Shown: positions 18,001 to 26,093 of the stretch, piece by piece
How positions within the stretch are numbered: position 1 is the first letter of the stretch
Layout: the number at the start of each line of letters is the position of its first letter
NCBI GenBank assembly: GCA_965223845.1
Contig: CBDCXR010000004.1
Coordinates: 4,768,001 to 4,832,000, forward strand
Length of the DNA: 64,000 nt
Origin: Planctomycetota bacterium
Lineage (GTDB): Bacteria; Planctomycetota; UBA8108; SXIK01
Direction: 5' to 3'
Notes under the pieces: generated by a model
What the model was told of the DNA's origin: nothing
The model's input: the letters and a program-made list of their open reading frames with translations, nothing else
The model's database searches: none
Translations under genes and position numbers: made by a program

Positions 18001-19968
18001 GATCGTCGAATTCGTGAACGTGAGCGGCGACGTGAACTCCGCCGAGCCCTCGGTCGGCTCCGAGCGGTTCGTCGTGTAGCGAATCACCGCGTCCGGCGAA
18101 AGGACGCTCATGTCGACCGCGACGCTCGTCGTGAACGCTCCGCCGGGATGGGAGAAGATCGGTAGTTCGGCGAAGCCCGGCACCCCGCCGTGGTTCGGCT
18201 CTCCGGGAGTCGGCTCCTCGAAGTAGCGCCGGTCGTTCGGATCGATCGAGCCCGTCTCGATCCCTTCGAGCTCGGGTACGATCAAGAAATCGCCGTCTCC
18301 CGCCGTGCGATTGAGTCCGTGGATGGCGAGGACGTTGTCGCCGTCGACGAGCTCGTCGAGCGCACCCGCGAGGGAGATCTCCTCGCTCTCGATTTCGGTG
18401 CTGACGGCCGAGGAGTACCGCACGTCGATGTTGTCGAGGTCGAGCGAAATGAATGCACCTCCCGTTCGCCCGCCGAACGCCACGCGGTTCTCGAATGCGG
18501 TCATTCCGCCGACGCGCACCTCGTCGAAGACGAGGACGGCAGGCTCCGGGGTGCCGAGGCTGTCCTCGATGAGGCGAACCGTGACGAGCGAGCCGGCTCC
18601 GTCTTCCCGGATCTCGACCTCGCAGCGGTTGAAGACGCCGTTGTTGAGCTGAAACGCAGAGACGAGCCGCGACGCGACCGTCACCCCGTTCCAATTGAGC
18701 GTCATCGTGTTCTCGTTTCCCGAACCGTCGAAGATATCGAACCCGATACTGAACACGCTCGGGAACACTGGCCGCTCCCAGACGACGTTGCCGCTCGCGG
18801 GTCCCGGCCCGCTGTTCCCGTAGACGGCCGTATCGCAGAGGGCGAAGCCGAACCCGTCGGCTCGTTCGCCGCAGCAACCCGTATGGCTCGCCTCGGTCGG
18901 CATGCGAAAATCGAAGCTCGCGTCGATCGCCCGCGCCTCGCCGAAGGAACGCGCGAAGCCGATCGTGTTCGTCAGGCTGCCGACGCCGTCTGCGAGCAGC
19001 TCGAGATAGCTTCCGGTCGGACCGCCCGCAAGCACTCGGGGCGCGGTGTTGCTTCCGTGGACGGTCAGGACGTACGGCGAATCGCCGCCACCGCTAAAGA
19101 TCGCCGACGTACTGCCGGTTTCCGGCTGACCGTGCGTCGCGGTCGCGGCCGAGTTCCACTGCGGTGTCGACGGCGCGTTCCGCCGCGCGACCTCCGTTCC
19201 GTTGAGGTAAGCGACGAAGCCGTCGTCGTAACGAATCCGGAGACGAAGATCGTCGAAGCGCGAGGGCGACGTCACGGCGAAGGGAAAGCGAACGTACGCC
19301 GACGCGTTCCCATCGTGCATCGCGCCTTCGAGATCGAGTCCGATGAGGTCGTCGTAGTCGGTTCCGAGGTCGAATCCGACTCCGCTCACACCGCTCGTCC
19401 ACGCACCGTCGCCGAATCCCGCAGTCGTCCACACCGCGCCGATGGGTCCGGTCGGCACGATCGCACGCGCTGGAGCATCGACCCCGACGAGAGTGGTTAC
19501 CTCGCGACCGCGTTCGATGCCGTAGGAGAGATCCGCAAACTGAAGCGGATAGAGCGGCGCGAACTCGGACGCCACCGTGAGGCCGTCTGGCTCGACGAGC
19601 GCGAGGTACTCGCCCTCTCCCGTGAGTTTGAAGTTCGTGTGGAGCTCCTCGAAGGGATCGCGGCGATCGTTTCCGCTCGCGAAGACGACGAGGTGCTCGC
19701 CCGGCTCGAGATCGATCGAGGGAAAGCGCCACTTCGTGAGCTCGGTCGGATCGTCGGTGAGGTACCAACCGTCGAGAGCGACCGTCGATGACGACGTCGC
19801 CAGAACTTCGATCCAGTCGGTCGGAGCGCCATCGGAGTCGAGAACGACGCCGTCGTTGATCGCCATGAACTCCGAGATCACGACCTCTTGTCCGCGCGCC
19901 GTCGAGGCGGCGAAAAACAGACCGAACGACACCACAGCCACCGCTGAGCGGACTCGCGGATGCATCAT
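15067..19968 (-). CDS. Secreted multidomain protein: lamin-tail domain, beta-sandwich with inserted lectin-like domain, chitobiase/Fn3-like, CotH kinase, second lamin-tail domain, C-terminal dockerin-like
   Basis: VVISEFMAIN..DWIE (LTD); RGSSS..FPKK, DWIL, N.DGY, GPAWDYNLSLGN (CotH); IYYTLDGSDP; ISEVHYHP; FQRTGDANQD...LDVNGDDG. Confidence 0.88.
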   Translation of the reverse strand: MMHPRVRSAVAVVSFGLFFAASTARGQEVVISEFMAINDGVVLDSDGAPTDWIEVLATSSSTVALDGWYLTDDPTELTKWRFPSIDLEPGEHLVVFASGNDRRDPFEELHTNFKLTGEGEYLALVEPDGLTVASEFAPLYPLQFADLSYGIERGREVTTLVGVDAPARAIVPTGPIGAVWTTAGFGDGAWTSGVSGVGFDLGTDYDDLIGLDLEGAMHDGNASAYVRFPFAVTSPSRFDDLRLRIRYDDGFVAYLNGTEVARRNAPSTPQWNSAATATHGQPETGSTSAIFSGGGDSPYVLTVHGSNTAPRVLAGGPTGSYLELLADGVGSLTNTIGFARSFGEARAIDASFDFRMPTEASHTGCCGERADGFGFALCDTAVYGNSGPGPASGNVVWERPVFPSVFSIGFDIFDGSGNENTMTLNWNGVTVASRLVSAFQLNNGVFNRCEVEIREDGAGSLVTVRLIEDSLGTPEPAVLVFDEVRVGGMTAFENRVAFGGRTGGAFISLDLDNIDVRYSSAVSTEIESEEISLAGALDELVDGDNVLAIHGLNRTAGDGDFLIVPELEGIETGSIDPNDRRYFEEPTPGEPNHGGVPGFAELPIFSHPGGAFTTSVAVDMSVLSPDAVIRYTTNRSEPTEGSAEFTSPLTFTNSTILKVKVFEDGLLPSPTITKTYLRVSSTLGGFDSDLPLVVIETFGQGIGSGAQTAVFAAIIDTDEVTGRAEMLAEPHFQGAAGMKQRGSSSSGFPKKQWTFEVWDDASNDRAVSLLGMPRESDWILYAPYSDKSLMRNVLSYEWFGKMGHYTVRTRFVEAYLNTGGGSIATGDYIGVYVLMEKIKRDDERVAIQRLLPTQNSNPEITGGYIFKKDRLDPGDSGFTTSSGQRLAYVDPKEQEITSAQADWLRSHLNTFESALGGGNFADPNLGYARYIDPDSFIDTHILVELTKNIDGYRLSSFYYKDRDDRIKMGPAWDYNLSLGNADYNNGWITSGWYYSLLGADAYPWYPRLFQDANFRQRYTDRWAELRRGPFRTDRLLDDVDDHNADIAESQVRNFDRWAILGVDVWPNWYVADTHAEEIDWMKGWIDGRVRWIDSNFLGAPTFNQDGGLIAPGFELRMNATVGTIYYTLDGSDPRLSGGDVSPAAIEYGSAAGTTLVSSAASSEVRVLVPANGTLGTTWTEFAFDDSGWDVGTTGVGVGYETGSGYESYIDVDVEAVMDDVNPTVYVRIPFEVADADAVENLTLRMRYDDGFVAYINGTRVASANSPALLAWNSSATGLHDDSAAVQFESLNASDGVAALRDGGNVLAIHGLNESIGSSDFLIEPVLVASTAFEGDAVILGEATHVIARAESGGEWSAPTDEVFVLESDLPLRISEVHYHPQDLPGGSPYAGGQLEFIEIVNIGNVPVDLAGVEFAGGIFFDFTTGDVDRLGAGEFLVVVRDLEAFSWFYDTSTILVAGSYTGSLDNGGESILLIDGIGEPILQFAYRDDWYPETDGAGSSLVIRDLGAAPDSWNDAASWMIGGVVDGTPGSGEGDPPPPSGFQRTGDANQDARLDVSDGLALLRRLFGNVGVFPCETDDFAGEGNRAVLDVNGDDGVDVSDVVYLLNYLFTNGPPPNGGVSCRPVVGCPDVCE

Positions 19969-20083
19969 CGTGCTCTCGAGGAAAATGTTGCGTAAAGAGC
20001 CGCGTTTCGCACGAGCTCGGGTCGACCCGAACGCCATTCTATCCGCGGGTTCGGCGCCGATTCTACGACGGCACGGGAGATGC

Positions 20084-20098
20084 GCAGGGGGTGCGCCA
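20084..20098 (-). promoter_or_regulatory. Possible sigma54 promoter for the CotH-dockerin gene
   Basis: Minus strand TGG-CGCACCCCCT-GC. Spacing is right but it has CTGC rather than TTGC; TAGAAT sigma70-like hexamers are also nearby. Confidence 0.3.
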
Positions 20099-20174
20099 AC
20101 GCGCGGACGAACGAGCGACGCTCAGCGGACTCGTCCGCGGCACGGCGATGTACGCCGAATCTCCGGTTAGGAGC

Positions 20175-20504
20175 TCAACCGTCGGCCGGAAGGTGATAGG
20201 CGGCGTGGGCGAGCGTCGCCGCGACGACGACACTGAGCGCAAGGAGCATGCCCGATGGCATGAACTTCCGCGAGCTCATGAATCGACCGGCGAAGACGAT
20301 GCAAAGGAGCACGCTCACTCCGGTGCCGCACCAGAGTCCGGCGCGCAGATCGAGGAACGTCACGCCGAGCGAAGCGAAGAGCAGAAACGCGCTGATCGTA
20401 CCGGCGATGAGGGACGGCTTCGATCGGGCGAGGCGAAACCCGAGGAACCCGCCGAGCTCGACGATGCATGCGAAAACGATGAGTACGATTTGTCCGTAGT
20501 GCAT
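20175..20504 (-). CDS. TMEM14-family small membrane protein
   Basis: GGFLGF..ARSKPSLIAG...RF..SRKFMPSG pattern; 4 TM segments. Confidence 0.8.
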   Translation of the reverse strand: MHYGQIVLIVFACIVELGGFLGFRLARSKPSLIAGTISAFLLFASLGVTFLDLRAGLWCGTGVSVLLCIVFAGRFMSSRKFMPSGMLLALSVVVAATLAHAAYHLPADG

Positions 20505-20695
20505 GGCGGTCGTGATAGCACGCTGCGGCGCGAGGCACAACGGGGCTGAGCCCGAAGACGAGCCCGATCGCTGACGCGTCGCGTCAATCCGCGAGGCGCC
20601 GCTGGAATGCGCGCTTTACATCCCGTCCGCGACGGATGGCTCACGCGGTCACAAGGGTTAGATACGAAAGGACTTAAAGAATCCGTGGGCCGCCG

Positions 20696-20710
20696 TGGCC
20701 ACGCGTTTGC
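20696..20710 (+). promoter_or_regulatory. sigma54 (-24/-12) promoter
   Basis: TGG-CCACGCGTTT-GC, about 85 bp before the ATG, with an AT-rich IHF-like stretch (aaaggactta) just upstream. Confidence 0.72.
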
Positions 20711-20794
20711 GTTAACGGACCTCGGGACGTTGCGCCGCTCCACGGAGTTGCCGGCGCTGAGCCGTGCCCCCAGGACTCCGTCACGAGGACTTCG

Positions 20795-23700
20795 ATGAAA
20801 CCGACCAGCAAGCTCGCGTTGGCGCTCCTCCTCGCACTCACAACCCGAGTCGACGCCACCCACCCTGTCTCCGAAGAACCGGTCCGGTGTGCCGTCGATG
20901 GCGCCCAGGTGAAACTGACCTGGGAGCGGATGCACTTCTTCGCACCGATCGAAGGCTACGTGATCGCACGCGACAATCAGCCGATCGGGAAGGCCGCGCC
21001 GGATAGTTTCACGTGGACGGACGAAAGCGCCCCCGACGGCGAACACGTCTACACCGTGACCGCGATCAACTTCGACGGCTCGCCGATCGACATCGGAAGC
21101 TGCACGGCCGTCGTCGGCGACTTCGGGATTGGGTGTCGGGTCGAAGAGACGACGGTTCACCTGAAATGGGGACCGATCCTCATCGATATCGCGTTTTCGC
21201 ATTTCTCGATCGCGCGAGACGGCGAGATCATCGCTCGAGTCGATCGCGACGAGCTCGAGTTCGCCGATCGAGACGTCCCTCCCGGCCGCCACCGCTACGT
21301 GGTTCGCATGGTGATCGACGACGCGCACTCGATCGTCCTCGGCGCCTGCACGGTGCGCGTCCAGCGAACCGGGTTTCTCTGCCGCGTCGACGGTGCGCGG
21401 GTCACCGTCGATTGGTCGCGCGTGCCGCTGCCTGAGATCCCGATCGAGTTCTTTCTCGTCGTCCGAAACGGGGAACGGATCGCGCGAACGCGCGAACACT
21501 CATTCACCGATGAACCCGGCCCGGGGGAGCACCGGTACGCGGTCTGGGCGATCCTCACGAGCGACGAACCCGCGAATCTCGCGCACGACGGCGTGCTCGC
21601 GTTCCTCGTTGGGGATTGTAGGGTCGCGGTCGGGGACGACCGTGTGCCACCGCCCGAAGAGCTCACCTGCGTCGACCTCGACGCAGCTCGCGACGTTTCC
21701 CCCGCTCTCGACGAGGTCGATTTTCTTCGCGCACACGACGTACTACTCGTGTGGCAGAAACCGGTCGACTACGACCACGTAATCATCGCGCGGAACGGCG
21801 CGATCGTCGCCCGCATCGACGGCGATCAGTTCTACTACGTCGACCGCAACGTCCCGGCCGGCGAGTATCTGTACTCCGTCTCCGGCGTCGTCGGCGACCG
21901 GATCAGCGCGCCCGCCGAGTGTACGGTCGTTTTGCCGCGGCCGCCGCTTCCGCCGCCCGTGAATCTGCGCTGCCGCTTCGTTTCGACGCGCCCGGTCGAC
22001 GCGGCCGACGTGACCGCACCGGGTTTCGTCCGACTCGACTGGGAGAACGGAGCGCGCTACGACGCGGTCGTGATCGTTCACAACGGGAGGAAGCTCGCCG
22101 TTCTGCCGGGCGACGCCGCCCGTTTCGATCACACGGCGCCACCTCCCGGAGTCAATCGCTATCGCGTGTTCGGAGTACGCGGTCTGCGGCGAAGCGAAGC
22201 CGCCGAGTGCGCCGCGGACGTTCCGATCGGGACGGTACCGCCGGTCGAGAATCTCGCCTGCGTCCTCGTCGTCCACGTCGACGTTCCGCTCGCGATCGAC
22301 GCGGTAGCCAACGAAGACGCGGTGGACGGCGGTGGTATTCTTCCCGCGCCACCGACGGTCTTCATCCGCTGGGATCTTCCGGCGATCGGCGATCGCCAGG
22401 TCGAGTACGACCGGATTCTCATCTCGCGGGGAGCGATGCTGATCGCGACGCTGCCCGGTAACGCGAGCAGCTATCACGACCGACCGCCGCTCGGTCCGAC
22501 GAAGGTCGAGTACTCCGTAGTGGGCGTGATCGGCGATCGAAGGAGTGCGCCCGAGTCGTGCGTCGTCGACCTGCCACCGATCGATCTCCCGCCGCCGCAG
22601 AACCTCGTGTGCAACGTCGTCGCGGTGCGCGACGATCGGCCGTCCGTCGTCGTCGGACTCAAGTGGGAGAACATCGTCGAGTACGAGGCGATCGTCGTGG
22701 AACGCAACGGCGAACCACTCGCGAAGCTCCACGGTGACGCGATGGTGTACACCGACATCTCTCCGCCGGCCGGAGTGCACCACTACGCGGTCTACGGCAT
22801 CGACACCGAGGGCCGGAGGAGTCGGCGCGCGCGCTGCGAGGTGGAGGTCCCGGCGATCCCCGTCCCGCCCGTCGCCGAACTCGAGTGCTTCGCGCTCGCT
22901 ACCGATATCGCGGGACCGGTCGCGATCCTGCGCTGGTCGAACGCCGGCGACTACGACCGCCTGCTCATCCTCCGCAACGGCGAGCTCGCCGACACGCTTC
23001 CGGGCGACGCCGAGATGTTCCAGGACTTCGGTCTCGAGCCGGGCGTTCACCACTACGCCGTCGTGGCGATCGTCGGCGACCGCCGCAGTGCGCCGGCGGA
23101 GTGCCGCGTCGTCATTCCCGGTCCGCCGCCCGATCACCTCTACTTCTCGAGCGGTGTATTCGTCCCTGTCGACGAAGAGCCGAAAGACGAGCTTGCGGCC
23201 GTCGCGCCGATGCTGATCCCGGGTCAGATCACCGCTCTCGCGAGCCACGGTCGCCCCCTTCAGGGATGGTCGTTCGGCGTCTGCTCAGACCCGTCCGTCC
23301 TCGTTCCCGCCGAGGCCGGGATCGACGGAACGACCGCCGGCGCGCTAAACGGCGGCGAAGGCCCGCAATTCCTTCACATCGAAACGTCCACTCGCGGCGT
23401 CGTGATGGCGGCGATGGTTCACCACGAGCTCGAAACGACGCTGCCGGTCGCGTCGAATGACAGCCTTCTTCGCATCCGCTACGCGAAGGGTCCCGACGCA
23501 GAGTGCTGCACGCCGTATCCGGTCCGTTACTGCAACCGGCTCGGCGACCCTGCGGTCGACGTCCTCTTCGTCGTCGAGGGATTCGAGGTGCGACCCGAAA
23601 CGAGCCCGGGCTCGGTGTTCTTCGCCGGGAACTCTCGCCCCGGATTCATCCGCGGCGACTCGAACGGCGACGGAAGCACGGACGTGAGCGATCCGATGTT

Positions 23701-23917
23701 CTCACTCAATTACCTCTTCGTCGACGGCAAGGAGCCGCCGTGCCGTGAGGCGGCCGACGCGAACGGAAGCGGCGACCTCAACATCGCCGACCCCATCTAT
23801 CACCTGCAGCATCTCTTCGACGACGGTCCGGCGCCGCCCGCACCCTATCCGGACTGCGGCATCGGACCCGCGCCATCGGGGTGCGAAGTCGGGACCTGTC
23901 CTGTGCTCGCACTCTAG
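20795..23917 (+). CDS. Secreted protein: 8 Cys-bracketed Fn3-like repeats, a cohesin-like domain and a C-terminal dockerin-like domain
   Basis: Repeat consensus C...LxW...YDxxxIxRNG..LAxLPG...D..PPGxHxYxVxG..GxRRS..xC; LQGWSFGV domain; FIRGDSNGDG...CREAADANGSG. Confidence 0.85.
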   Translation: MKPTSKLALALLLALTTRVDATHPVSEEPVRCAVDGAQVKLTWERMHFFAPIEGYVIARDNQPIGKAAPDSFTWTDESAPDGEHVYTVTAINFDGSPIDIGSCTAVVGDFGIGCRVEETTVHLKWGPILIDIAFSHFSIARDGEIIARVDRDELEFADRDVPPGRHRYVVRMVIDDAHSIVLGACTVRVQRTGFLCRVDGARVTVDWSRVPLPEIPIEFFLVVRNGERIARTREHSFTDEPGPGEHRYAVWAILTSDEPANLAHDGVLAFLVGDCRVAVGDDRVPPPEELTCVDLDAARDVSPALDEVDFLRAHDVLLVWQKPVDYDHVIIARNGAIVARIDGDQFYYVDRNVPAGEYLYSVSGVVGDRISAPAECTVVLPRPPLPPPVNLRCRFVSTRPVDAADVTAPGFVRLDWENGARYDAVVIVHNGRKLAVLPGDAARFDHTAPPPGVNRYRVFGVRGLRRSEAAECAADVPIGTVPPVENLACVLVVHVDVPLAIDAVANEDAVDGGGILPAPPTVFIRWDLPAIGDRQVEYDRILISRGAMLIATLPGNASSYHDRPPLGPTKVEYSVVGVIGDRRSAPESCVVDLPPIDLPPPQNLVCNVVAVRDDRPSVVVGLKWENIVEYEAIVVERNGEPLAKLHGDAMVYTDISPPAGVHHYAVYGIDTEGRRSRRARCEVEVPAIPVPPVAELECFALATDIAGPVAILRWSNAGDYDRLLILRNGELADTLPGDAEMFQDFGLEPGVHHYAVVAIVGDRRSAPAECRVVIPGPPPDHLYFSSGVFVPVDEEPKDELAAVAPMLIPGQITALASHGRPLQGWSFGVCSDPSVLVPAEAGIDGTTAGALNGGEGPQFLHIETSTRGVVMAAMVHHELETTLPVASNDSLLRIRYAKGPDAECCTPYPVRYCNRLGDPAVDVLFVVEGFEVRPETSPGSVFFAGNSRPGFIRGDSNGDGSTDVSDPMFSLNYLFVDGKEPPCREAADANGSGDLNIADPIYHLQHLFDDGPAPPAPYPDCGIGPAPSGCEVGTCPVLAL

Positions 23918-23964
23918 TCTTCGCGCGGAACCGAAGAATCGGTCCAGCGGAAACCCCAGACGAT

Positions 23965-24002
23965 CGGGCGTCGGCGTTCGCGTACGACGCCCGGTTTTTT
24001 TT
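23965..24002 (+). terminator. Intrinsic terminator
   Basis: CGGGCGTCG / CGACGCCCG stem followed by T8. Confidence 0.8.
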
Positions 24003-24420
24003 GTCCCGCGCTCTCGTTCGACGCGTGCTCGAGGAGTCCCTCGAGCCGAGAACGAGCTCTCTCGCAGCTCCGGCCGCTACGCTCCGGGTGGGACATCGAG
24101 CGGGATCGACGGCTCGACTTCGAGCTGAGCGCTTCCCGAGAGGGATTGGAACGAAGGAGCGTCGCAGCGAGTCCACCGGCGTCTATCGGACGACCACGAC
24201 CATCACCGGTGCCGATAAGCGCGATCGGGTAAAGAGTTCCCGAAGAAGACCGCGAAACGATGGAAGTCGCGGCGAGCGCCGTGGCATCGGCACCGCGCGA
24301 GTGCGGCGGGAAGTCCTCCGTACGTAATCCGTCCGGCATCCGCTCAACGAAGTAGTCTTACGGCCAGATTCGCGAACGCGGCGAAAGTCAAAAACCTCCT
24401 CGTCGTCAAGGAACGTTGAT

Positions 24421-25971
24421 GTGAAAACACTCACGCGGATCTTTTCCATCCGCGGGCGAGCCTACGTAGTCGCCGCGGCGGTCATCGCACTTCTCGTGCA
24501 CGTCGGAAACATGGCTGAGGAGCTGCTGCTCACGCTCGCCCAGGACGCGGAACAACTTTCCGACGGCACGCGACGCTACATCGATCTCTCCCGCAGCGTA
24601 GACAATACGGGGACGATCGTCCGCGACATCGGTCTGGCCGTCGCCGACGGCGACGTCAGCGTCTCGACGCGTTACGACACGAGGTACCGAGACCTCCTGC
24701 GAGAGATCGAAGAGAAGCTCGCGAACGACGCCTCGGCGGACGATGTCCTCGAGCTCGTCCGCGACGCGCACGCCGCTGCGATGGCGGTCTTCGACGCGCT
24801 TCGAACGGGAGACAAGCAGGGTGCGACGGAAAAACTGACCGTCGCGAGCGAGCGTTACGGCGACGTGAGCACGGCCCTCCGCGAACGAGGTCTCGCGACT
24901 AGCGACGAGCTCGAACGGATCCTCTCGGTGATGGGAGAGAAGACCTCGGCACCGATCTCGGCTCTTCACACCCGCATCTTGATCGTGTGCGGGCTCGTCG
25001 TCCTGCTCGGCTTCGTGATCGTTCGCAGCATCGCTCCGCTCACGAAGATGGTTCCCGTTCTCGAACGCATCGCCGACGGCGATCTCACTCAGCGCTTCGC
25101 GGTTCGCACGGAAGACGAAGTCGGCCGCATCGGCCGCGCCCTCAACCACACGCTCGACGGTATCAGCGAAATCGTGCGGAACATCCGCGCTTCGACTCTC
25201 CTGATCACCGAATCGTCGGACACGATGTCCAGGCTGAGCCGCAGCATGACCCACACCGCCGAATCGACCTCGAATCGGGCGCAGTCGGCGTCGCGATTCT
25301 CCGAGGAAATCGACGCGACCATGCAGCAGACCGCCGCGAGCGTCGACCAGCTCCGCCGGAGCATCGAAGAGATCTCCCGCAGCTCGAAGGAAGCCGTCGA
25401 CGTTTCTCGAAGCGCCGTGACCCTCGTGAACTCCGCGACCGGAAACGTCGATCGACTCAACGAAATCACCGATCAGATCGAAGAAGTCACCGAGACGATC
25501 AGCCGCATCGCGAAGCAAACGAAAATGCTCGCCCTGAATGCGACCATCGAGGCGGCTCGCGCCGGCGAAGCCGGGAGCGGCTTCGCCGTCGTCGCGAACG
25601 AGGTGAAGGACCTCGCCTCTCAGACCACGCGATCCGCCGGCGAGATTCACGAGAACGTCACGCGATTCCAGAGCGACATCACCACCGTCGCCGAGGCGAT
25701 CCAGGAAATCGCGAGCATCGTCGGGAACATCGGCCAGACCGAGCTCTCGATCGCGTCCTCCGTCGACGAGCAGCGCGCGGCGAGTCAGCAGATCACGCGC
25801 GCCATCGCGAACGTCGCGTCGGGCTGTTCGGAGATCAACACCACACTCACGACCGTCTCGAGCTCGACCGAAGACTCGAGATCGAGCTCCCGATCGGTCA
25901 TGGAATCTTCCGAAAACCTAGCCACGGCGGCCGACCAGTTGAACGCACTGGTCGGTCAATTCCGCTGCTGA
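24421..25971 (+). CDS. Methyl-accepting chemotaxis protein
   Basis: Two TM segments, HAMP (IADGDLT..DEVG), signalling hairpin [34 protein letters not shown]. Confidence 0.93.
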   Translation: MKTLTRIFSIRGRAYVVAAAVIALLVHVGNMAEELLLTLAQDAEQLSDGTRRYIDLSRSVDNTGTIVRDIGLAVADGDVSVSTRYDTRYRDLLREIEEKLANDASADDVLELVRDAHAAAMAVFDALRTGDKQGATEKLTVASERYGDVSTALRERGLATSDELERILSVMGEKTSAPISALHTRILIVCGLVVLLGFVIVRSIAPLTKMVPVLERIADGDLTQRFAVRTEDEVGRIGRALNHTLDGISEIVRNIRASTLLITESSDTMSRLSRSMTHTAESTSNRAQSASRFSEEIDATMQQTAASVDQLRRSIEEISRSSKEAVDVSRSAVTLVNSATGNVDRLNEITDQIEEVTETISRIAKQTKMLALNATIEAARAGEAGSGFAVVANEVKDLASQTTRSAGEIHENVTRFQSDITTVAEAIQEIASIVGNIGQTELSIASSVDEQRAASQQITRAIANVASGCSEINTTLTTVSSSTEDSRSSSRSVMESSENLATAADQLNALVGQFRC

Positions 25972-26093
25972 TCGCGGGCCTCGCGAGCAGTTCGAATCCG
26001 CCTCGAGAGAAATCCCGGAGGCGAATCCCGCTCCCGACGACGAGGAACGCGAAGGTTCGTCTTTCCTCTTCGCGTACCGATCCGACGATCGGC

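Noticed and set aside
24211-24218. sigma28 -10 box GCCGATAA upstream of the MCP (also at 35116)
   Set aside because: No matching -35 element at the expected spacing; insufficient on its own.
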